In this document: positions 34,601 through 42,185 of the stretch, piece after piece
How the letters are laid out: every line of letters starts with the position of its first letter
Position numbering within the stretch: the first letter of the stretch is position 1
NCBI GenBank assembly: GCA_002633005.1
Contig: NMRA01000352.1
Span: 296,170-338,354 of the forward strand
Origin: Phoronis australis
Taxonomy: Eukaryota; Animalia; Phoronida
Direction of reading: 5' to 3'
DNA length: 42,185 nt
The notes under the pieces: model-generated
Seen by the model: only the letters and a program-made list of their open reading frames with translations
Told to the model about the DNA's origin: nothing
Databases searched by the model: none
Made by a program: the position numbers and the translations under genes

Positions 34601-37600
34601 GGGATAAGAATCAAGCAAAATGCATACTCTGTTGTATCAATCTTGTTCTGCATTTAATTGTTATAGTAGTGACATCGAGCTTTGTTTGTTTTTGGAAATT
34701 TGAATATGTAAAGTTTTCTACATGAACTTTTCTTGCGCATCAATTTTTTTCATGAAATTCAATCTCTTTTCTTTTCAATCAGTAAGTTTTCACTGTCTCT
34801 TTCTTTCAGATTTTATTTTTGGCCGGTCTAGCATTTGTAATAGGTCTAGAAAGGACATTTAGATTTTTCTTTCAATCACACAAGATAAAAGGATCCGCGT
34901 TCTTCTTCGGCGGTATACTTGTGGTGCTAATTGTTGGCTGGCCAGTCATCGGCATGTGCGTCGAACTCTACGGCTTCTTCCTTCTGTTTAGGTAAGCACA
35001 TAATCGTTAACCGAGCTGTCATTAAAGCCAACTTTCAAATTAGTCCACTACCATATAATACTGGTTGGAGGAAGCAGTGTGGCCTAGTAGTAGGATGAGT
35101 GTCCACATCTCTTACTCAAGGTCGTCCAACTGGGGCATGCTGCTAGACCCTTGAGTCAGGTCTCAAGCTCCTCAGCCCGATTTTAACTATAAAAGCATAA
35201 AAATTGTTCCAGGTGATCAGCGCAATGGGCCCACCTGAGCGCCCAGTGCACATCTGTTACAAGGTGTACTAGACCGCTTGCAATTATTATTATTATTACA
35301 TACTACTGGTATCGAATTAGAGGTGATTTCTGCGGAAGAAAGAAAGAACTGGCGATTCATTTCTTTCTTGAGACTAGGTAGACATGGTTGAGCATGGTCT
35401 AAAGCAGTGATGAAGTGTCCACACGACTTTGCTTTTTCCTCTTCTAAGAGGATAATTATCCTCTTTTTTGGTTTCGATTTCCTATTATTTGATTTCCAGT
35501 TTCCTCTTTTTCGTCTCTTTTTATTATCATTTTGAAATTATTCATGCAAAAACTTTTTTTTCAGTTAAATTTTACAACACAAAAAATATTTCTATCACAC
35601 AAGCCGATACATCACCTCTAAAATTGTCATCCGTCTCTCCAAGCCCTGCGTACATTCTTACTCTGTCCAAAACTCACTAGTATAGTAAATAAAGAACAAT
35701 TAAGACCAATTCTATGGTTTAGGTTATTAAAAAAGGTAGGTTTACATGAGCTTTAAAAGTAGAGTATTTAATTCTCCATCTTTTTAATCATTCTCAATAC
35801 CTGTGTCCCAGATTGCACCATTCAAAACTATCAATTAAAGTTCTGTCTTCGTTAAAAGTGGTTGTTAAAGTCTGAGTGATTTTGCAGCAGCAAAGAATGT
35901 AAGTCACTAAGAAAATCGCTTTGAAAAGTTGATGCAAATGACTCAAGCACAGTGTTTTTATAAATTTTAAAACTGTTTCTGAGGTGTCTTGGTTTGACAG
36001 ATAAGCATGTGCAAAAAGTGTCTTTTAAGTGCATTTAACATGTTCAGTTTCTGCTGTCTCATTCTATTCAGATGATGGAAGCGAGTACCCTTTTAGACAC
36101 GTATGCCACTCGGCGAGGCTGTTGGCATTTTCCAAATATATGCCCAACAGTTTGCGTAGATTGTAAATTTGCAGTACAACTTGACACCAGGTTTACCTTA
36201 AATGAAACAGCTTTTGCTTTCTAGCTATCTGTGATTATTACCTTTTATTCAGTCTATAATTCTGGGGCTGGTGCAGTGGCTTGGTAGCTCAACTAATACA
36301 TACAAAGTTGTTGCTTAAAAAAATAAGTTGAAGGTGGTCCAGCACGTTGTACCAGACGTGCGCAGACTGCTCATGAGGGCTCAGTCAGTGCCCTAATCAC
36401 GTGGAACCATTTTTATGGTTTATTGATACATGTTAAAAACTGAGCTAAGGCGCTACAGACGTGACTCAAGGTCTAGCAGTGTGCCCCAGTGGGAAGCAGA
36501 CACTTATCTCATTAGCCACCCTGCCTATGGCTTGCTTGCAACGCTGAATGCAGTCAGCAAAGGATTCATTTTTCAACACCTGGCCTACGAAGAAGAAGTT
36601 AATTTTCACCACTTACTTTGTTTCTGGGGTGAGAACTAATTCATGAGCTTGGAAAAAGTGGTGTTGTTTGTTAATGCTTTGAGACCAGCCTGCTATTTAG
36701 TAACGCTAGGACTTCGCTAGAAAGCAAGACTTTGCAAGATTACTTGAAATATTGCCGTGTATATAAATAAGAACGTGACTTTGGCTAGATTTTAGCGAGG
36801 ACCTAGCATAGGTCCTTACTGAGAGACTCTAGGTCCTAGTGTTACTGAATGCACAGCTGATTCAGTAAGTTGATTTGAAATAGCCGGCCATTTTATTCAC
36901 CAAGCAATAACGACCGTTCTTCTCAAGTCTCTCAGTAAGGAATAAGATGATGCCGATCTATTTTTGTCAAGAATCAAGACCAAGTTTTCATCTAACCTTG
37001 AGTCATTGCTGCTTTGCTTTATCTGTTACAGTTAGTTGCAGTGGTGAATTCCTATTATAATCCACTGTTGTGTCAGTCTCTAATTGTTGCTGTTTTCTGT
37101 TTTAGTGGTTTCATCCCAGTGGCCATCAACTTCCTCAGGAGGGTACCCATTGTTGGGTCATTACTCAACCTGCCAGGCATCAGCTCGGTAAGTTTTGAGC
37201 TAACCTGCTTTAATAACCGTTTATTGTATATAGTATAGACCAGAAATAAAGCCACAAAATGGCAATGAGCCGGGATCTAATCTCTGTATTCGAAATTGAT
37301 TGAAGTCAGAATTATTTCTGACATTTGCTATTTTACATTTGTGCAAACTCGTGGTCAATTGTCAGATATTCTGTGGTGAATTGGCATGGATGAAACAATT
37401 TTTTTCATTCACAGACATCTTGAAATGTTGAACACCGTTGTGTGAGTCTTTTGAACATCCCACGGTACAACAATGACAAAATGACAGGATCTTGGTCACA
37501 TAGAATTTATAAAATGCTGAAAGATATCCCACTTCATAAATCCATACAAGAATGCTGAACACTGTCCACCTATTACACTGTCTCCATCTTGTGACAAGGT

Positions 37601-38079
37601 ATGTTTCATCATGCCGCCACTATATTGGAAAATGGCTATTTATCTTGTGTCACTAGATGGGAACCAAGTTTTCCTCGGACAAATTTCAACACCACCTGCA
37701 GCTCCCTTGTAATGTGGTTGAAGATTTAAGGCAGTTGAATTTTAAAGTGTTATTCATTGAAGCACTTCCTTTTGGAGATATATGTGGTGTTTGGTGGTCC
37801 AACTAAGTGGAGGTTGAAGTTCTTATTGAGGCAATTTCAAGTGCCAAAAAGAAAGTGCTGTCAGTTGTGTCTATTATTTACTGTCAACCTTGCTGTTGGT
37901 ACTTGTGCACTCTGAAGGGGAATACAACTGCACATTCGGATTCTTAAATGTACATTTATTTGATCATTTAGAACTATTAAGACACAGTTAAATTCTTCCT
38001 TTTATATACAGTTCATTTTGTTCTTTTTTATTTGCAGATTGTGAACAGGCTGGCTGGAGAGTCAGGATCAATGGTTTAA
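31642..38079 (+). CDS. GOLT1B: Vesicle transport protein GOT1 (Got1/Sft2 family), spliced gene, 5 coding exons, 140 aa
   Basis: Exons 31642-31666 (25 nt), 34081-34172 (92), 34810-34991 (182), 37106-37187 (82) and 38038-38079 (42) give [67 protein letters not shown]...[57 protein letters not shown], closely matching recalled GOLT1B. All junctions are GT-AG and in phase. Confidence 0.96.
32571..33063. mobile_element. Long-TIR MITE (TAG...CTA ends, about 205-bp arms, 9-bp TSD) in GOLT1 intron 1
   Basis: Arms 32571-32778 and 32859-33063 are reverse complements; flanks GTGAAGACC (32562-32570) and GCGAAGACC (33064-33072). Confidence 0.88.
34081..34172 (+). CDS. GOLT1B: GOLT1 coding exon 2
   Basis: Acceptor ttcattccAG, ends DRGLLAIGN|GTAAGT, 92 nt. 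Confidence 0.95.
34276..34526. mobile_element. hAT-like MITE with 5-bp TSD in GOLT1 intron 2
   Basis: CATGCACGC ... GCGCGCATG ends, ATCAT on both flanks, AAAGGTCC(A/G)C subterminal motifs. Confidence 0.6.
34810..34991 (+). CDS. GOLT1B: GOLT1 coding exon 3
   Basis: Acceptor ttctttc[24 protein letters not shown]..., donor GTAAGC, 182 nt. Confidence 0.95.
35066..35299 (+). mobile_element. tRNA-derived SINE (degenerate)
   Basis: A-box-like TGGCCTAGTAG (35080-35090), CCCTTGAG core-like motif, (ATT)n tail, near-identical flanks ATAATACTGGT / ATACTACTGGT. Confidence 0.55.
35422..35648 (-). mobile_element. hAT-like MITE (CAGGGCTTGG family), reverse copy
   Basis: Reverse-complement similarity to 17130-17319; ends CCAAGCCCTG. 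Confidence 0.65.
37106..37187 (+). CDS. GOLT1B: GOLT1 coding exon 4
   Basis: Acceptor ctgtttt[29 protein letters not shown], donor GTAAGT, 82 nt. Confidence 0.95.
38038..38079 (+). CDS. GOLT1B: GOLT1 last coding exon ([13 protein letters not shown])
   Basis: Long pyrimidine tract plus ttgcAG, TAA at 38077-38079. Confidence 0.9.
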   Translation: MVNRLAGESGSMV

Positions 38080-38369
38080 CAGTGTTCCCTGTGATGAAAA
38101 TGTGAACAACTGGATTGTTACTAGAGCCCTCTTGTGATGCAGAGGTGAACAACTTGAACTGGATTATACAGTGTTTATATTTGATACAAGTTGGTTGCGT
38201 CATTGCTGAAGTTCTGCTGAAGATCTACAACGCAAGATCAGGTTGACCTGGTTTCAAACCTGTGATTTGCTCCATTAATCTCATTTTTCAACTGGAGCAA
38301 AATGATCCCCATTATCCAGTTTTCTCAGTGCTTTCATAAAGGCCCTTGTTAGAATGAATACTACACATG

Positions 38370-38570
38370 GTTCATTCACTTGTTCAGATCATTCAGTGGC
38401 TGGTGCGTATGATTCACTGACCCATGCAGATGATTCATTGTTTTCTGTGAATGATTCATGATTCAGTGGCTGGTGCTTATCATCCATTGGCTCACGCATG
38501 TGATTCAGTGTTTTGTACAAATGATTCGAGGACTCGCACCTATGAATGTCTGATATACATGATTCAGATA
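38370..38570. repeat. Degenerate tandem repeat in the GOLT1 3' UTR (ATGATTCA motif about every 20 nt; 70-nt duplication)
   Basis: ATTCAGTGGCTGGTGC at 38391 and 38461; recurrent ATGATTCA. Confidence 0.65.
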
Positions 38571-38602
38571 ATTACGAAATGTCAGGTGTTTCTATATATG
38601 TA

Positions 38603-38608
38603 AATAAA
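38603..38608 (+). terminator. Candidate polyadenylation signal of GOLT1
   Basis: AATAAA about 525 nt after the stop, followed by GT/T-rich sequence. Confidence 0.5.
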
Positions 38609-39849
38609 GTTTTACCAATCCTTACTCGAATTTTGAATGTTTTTGTGGTCCTGTTGAATGATCATTGCAGTGTGCCAGTGTTCTGTTACATTTCACTGAT
38701 CAAAACCACCACTATAATGATTGTCGACATTAGCTGATTTTTTCTCAAATGGGTAATTTTTTCATTTTCACCATTTGCTTTAATGAAACTGATATTTTTT
38801 TCCTTACTCCAATTAGATGTGATTTCTAAGCTTGAGTTTAACTGGCAGATACATTGTAGTCATTGCTACAGACCTGGTCCAATACTGTAGACTAGTTCTA
38901 GTCACTGAATTGAACTGACAGATCGTCACTGCTACAGACCAGGCCCAATAATATAGACCAGTTATAGACACTAAGGTAGTTGGGCTTTAGGGTGAATTTA
39001 TTGGATGTAGCATAAGCCATTTCAATTATCAAAGGCTAATATTGTGATGGTGTTTGTGAAGAACGTACACCAGGCAAGAAAGTTTATGTTTTTAATGTGG
39101 TGGAAAACGGACTATAGGCGCTAGTGGCTTTGAAGTTTGAAAAATACTTTCTCAGCAGACAGATTGTTATTAAAACTCTATGAAACTCATAATGTTTGTG
39201 ACCATGAGCGTATTTTTTAGAAAAAATGTTATAAAACTATTTTATATTTGATGGTAGGTAAGGTTAATAATGTTAGAACATTTTTATCAGGACTATACTG
39301 AAATACCCGTTGGCAGGCCCACCTGTACATTTGCACCAGTACCCAGTGATTTAGAAATGTTTTCTGAAAGTGGATCCTTGTACTCGTATTTTGGAGCTAG
39401 AATTATAATAAGCACATTGGAGCTAGAATTATAGTAAGCGATAAGCATATCAAGAACTCGGCGGAGGTAAACGTTATTGGGGGCATGGATATTTCAATGT
39501 CGTCAAACTCAAATGTTACTAGTTTACCACGAGCGTGTATAAGCTCATACGTACAGAGGCACCTGTGGCTTTCTCTGGCAGAGTACCGGTATGTCTATAT
39601 TAGATATGATATTCGGAGGTATTGTCCATTTTTATATTTTCCAATTCAGTGTGAATCAACGGATAAGCCATGTTTCAGTCACCCATGAAGTTTTGGTCGG
39701 GTGTTTGACATACAGAGCATGCCGCTAATAAAGGCTTAGCTTACATTATGTGGACATGATTAGCCAAGTATAACCTGTGGTATTAAAAAGACAAGAACAG
39801 CAGTCATTAAAAAGTCTTGTACAGGTTCACATGTCATATGATCAAAAGG

Positions 39850-40330
39850 CAGACCAAATCCGCTACCTTAAGAACAAAATCACTCGTGGAGCTCGTCAGA
39901 AATTTGATCTCTCCTCTAATTGTCGACCGAGTCCTAATTAGACTGCATATGGCAGATCTACTTTCTTTCAACTTGAGAAGGTTGCATTTCAATGGCGTAA
40001 TGGTGTGGATAGACTCTGAACGCCCCTGGTGATTCCAGACACTTGATTGACCAGAATATAAAGTCTGCATGTCTGACTACCCGTGAGACTTCGTCATCAA
40101 GCCTTTGTCAGACGTTGGTGACGTTACGGGCGTTTGACTGGGCTTCAGTTCAGATGACTGCTTTCTGATGAAAATTCCACGTCTGAACGCATTACTAGTC
40201 GACAGAATCATTGCGTTCGCTTTTTCCAGGGTGGATTACTGCAGTTTCCCCTGTCGGTCTACATGGCTGAGAAATGGAAATACTCTTTCAATGTCGGTGT
40301 CATAATGTTCTTTATTGTGATGGGATTCCA
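39850..40330 (+). mobile_element. Highly decayed L2-like LINE ORF2 C-terminal fragment
   Basis: VMVWIDSE (LGVxxD-like) and FSRVDYCS (SRLDYCN-like) motifs in interrupted frames. Confidence 0.35.
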
Positions 40331-40548
40331 TTTCAAAACTATCGGCATGTACGGCGCATTCCTGTTACTCGAGTTGGTGACTGTTCTGTCGGCACGGTAA
40401 AACCGATTTTGAGTGTCGGTCTAACGACGTAGCAAAAGTAGTATATGCTACGGCCCGCGCTTACAGCATTTTAGAGTCTTCAATACCCGGTACCATATAT
40501 TTCTAAGCCTATATAGAAGCACTGGCCTCAGCCAAAGATGCGAACCCG

Positions 40549-40596
40549 ATTTCAGTGCCAAGTTATTTTAGTGCCAAGTTATTTCAGTGCCAAGTT
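40549..40596. repeat. 16-bp tandem repeat, 3 copies
   Basis: ATTTCAGTGCCAAGTT x3, one variant. Confidence 0.85.
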
Positions 40597-40949
40597 TTTT
40601 TGTTTTTTTTGGCGGGGCCTCACTTATTAAGCGATCGTTCAAAGAATAGATGTCCCGCTTTCAATTCTTTTAATATTTGAAAATACTTAAAAGTGCGCAC
40701 ACAAAAACCTCTGGTCGTGAAAAAGACTCGCAAAAAGTCGCCAGGCATACCTTGAATTTTTAACCAATCTTGAATTCCCTAGTGACAATTTGTGAATGAC
40801 TTAAAATGGCCGTGAGAGCGGCAAAGTCTGCAAAATAATAAGTTTAAATTTGTATTAAAGGCCTCTGGCACAAAGTACAATGAACAAAAAAAATTAATCA
40901 GGCACATTTGCACACGCAGTCAACCCATTTAAGAGTTGTTCTCGTCTTT

Positions 40950-42185
40950 TAAGAGCAGAATATACATATTTAACAACAGATATATCTAATGGATTAGCTA
41001 GCCGGCGTGTATACAGTGAGTTGGATGCTTCCATTGAACTTTCTTCATAAGACGTGACCTACGTTCACAGTATCCCTTGCAAATCAACAGGATTAAGTGG
41101 TATTCATCCTCTACAAGACCATCATTGCAAATCAAACCTAGTCTATTATAATATTACACTTTCTGGTGTCTACCCACTTCCAATGTTGGCTATCGTGGTT
41201 GGAGCAACGTAACCGAGTAAACGCTTGAATAAGACTGTTATGTAGCGGTAACTTAAAATATGATTCAAAACAGTACAAAGTCTTAACGTTACAGTAGTAT
41301 TTAAGTTTTTCATTGTACTCAATTTCTGATCGCCAACCTTGCTCATAGCAGTCATTAACTCTTTGCGCGAAGATTCTTAAAAACGAGACTTCGCACGTGA
41401 CACCTTGATTCAACCAAATTTCATAAAAACCGTATTTTGATACCAATTGTCTTGCAGAAGATACCCAAGTATTTCTCCCATTCCGATCTAAATCAGGTAA
41501 CATGTCATAAGCCGCTTTAGCGTATCTAGCTAGTAGGTGGCATTTTCAATAACTTTAGCCAATATTTCACATAGAGCGGATAAATTCCACATTGACCTAA
41601 CACAGTTGTGTTTGAGCAAGAGTTTCCAACTCCATGAGCAATTTTACAAAATTTAACTTATAAGTTTTCAAGCCATTCAAATTCTTTGAATCCCCAGATT
41701 TCCGCACCGTAGCACATAGTTGGCACAGTAATTTTATCAAGCAGTTCAAGTGATAGGCCTCAATGATAATTCCGGTGCACCGGTTTCTAATTTTACAGAT
41801 AGACATAGCAGCTTTACTCAGTACCTTCACGTGCCAGAGTTTTAGTGACTTTGGACCAAACTAATCTTGGTGAAAAAATATTCCAAGATATTTATATTGG
41901 AAGGCAACCTCCACTACTTAATTGCCATAATACCACTTCTCATACGCTCTGAGTGGCCCGCCATTTCTAAAAACAATGATGTTTTTTCACATTTACACTC
42001 ATGCCCCAAGAAGAGCAATAATCATAAAGGCAGTTTAACATTCTTTGCAAATTAATTTGAGTGCTCGAACACAGAACCTTGTCATCAGCATACAACAGCG
42101 ATTTGACTTCCGGCGCCTCTTCATTGATATAAATCCCTCTAATATTTTGGGCATTATCTAGGACTTCGATAAATTCGTTCAGATA
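40950..42185 (-). mobile_element. Decayed non-LTR retrotransposon ORF2 (reverse transcriptase plus C-terminal Zn-knuckle region), runs off the window end
   Basis: LLYADD at about 42098-42081, W..Q.W...KL.YY..K...FE.Y, FTRLRCSNH and EDEYH....C; many stops and frameshifts. Confidence 0.85.

Noticed and set aside
38855-39440. Short direct duplications (about 66-bp period at 38859/38925; 26-bp period at 39391/39417)
   Set aside because: Ordinary two-copy slippage duplications with no further structure

Overview
AT-rich eukaryotic genomic DNA with GT-AG introns, probably a marine invertebrate judging by its repeat types. Most ORFs in the supplied track are spurious, and the real genes are spliced. 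Three gene models were reconstructed by hand with splice-phase checks. (1) TMEM237, a ciliary transition-zone protein: minus strand, 9 coding exons, 31274->20765, 459 aa. (2) GOLT1/Got1, a vesicle transport protein: plus strand, 5 coding exons, 31642->38079, 140 aa, head-to-head with TMEM237 across 367 bp. (3) A minus-strand 7-exon gene, 9124->3277, about 221 aa, encoding two divergent Got1 four-TM modules in tandem with the GOLT1 intron phases preserved. This 'double-Got1' paralog is the most novel item. The rest is mostly transposon-derived: a decayed Academ-type transposase with its terminus, a THAP remnant, a Penelope GIY-YIG fragment with a minimal hammerhead ribozyme, LINE fragments, a tRNA-type SINE, and several MITEs or foldbacks with 5-bp and 9-bp target-site duplications. 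There is also an N gap and a 228-bp duplication at a single-N junction that probably reflects a heterozygous MITE insertion. Family assignments rest on recalled motifs, not database searches.
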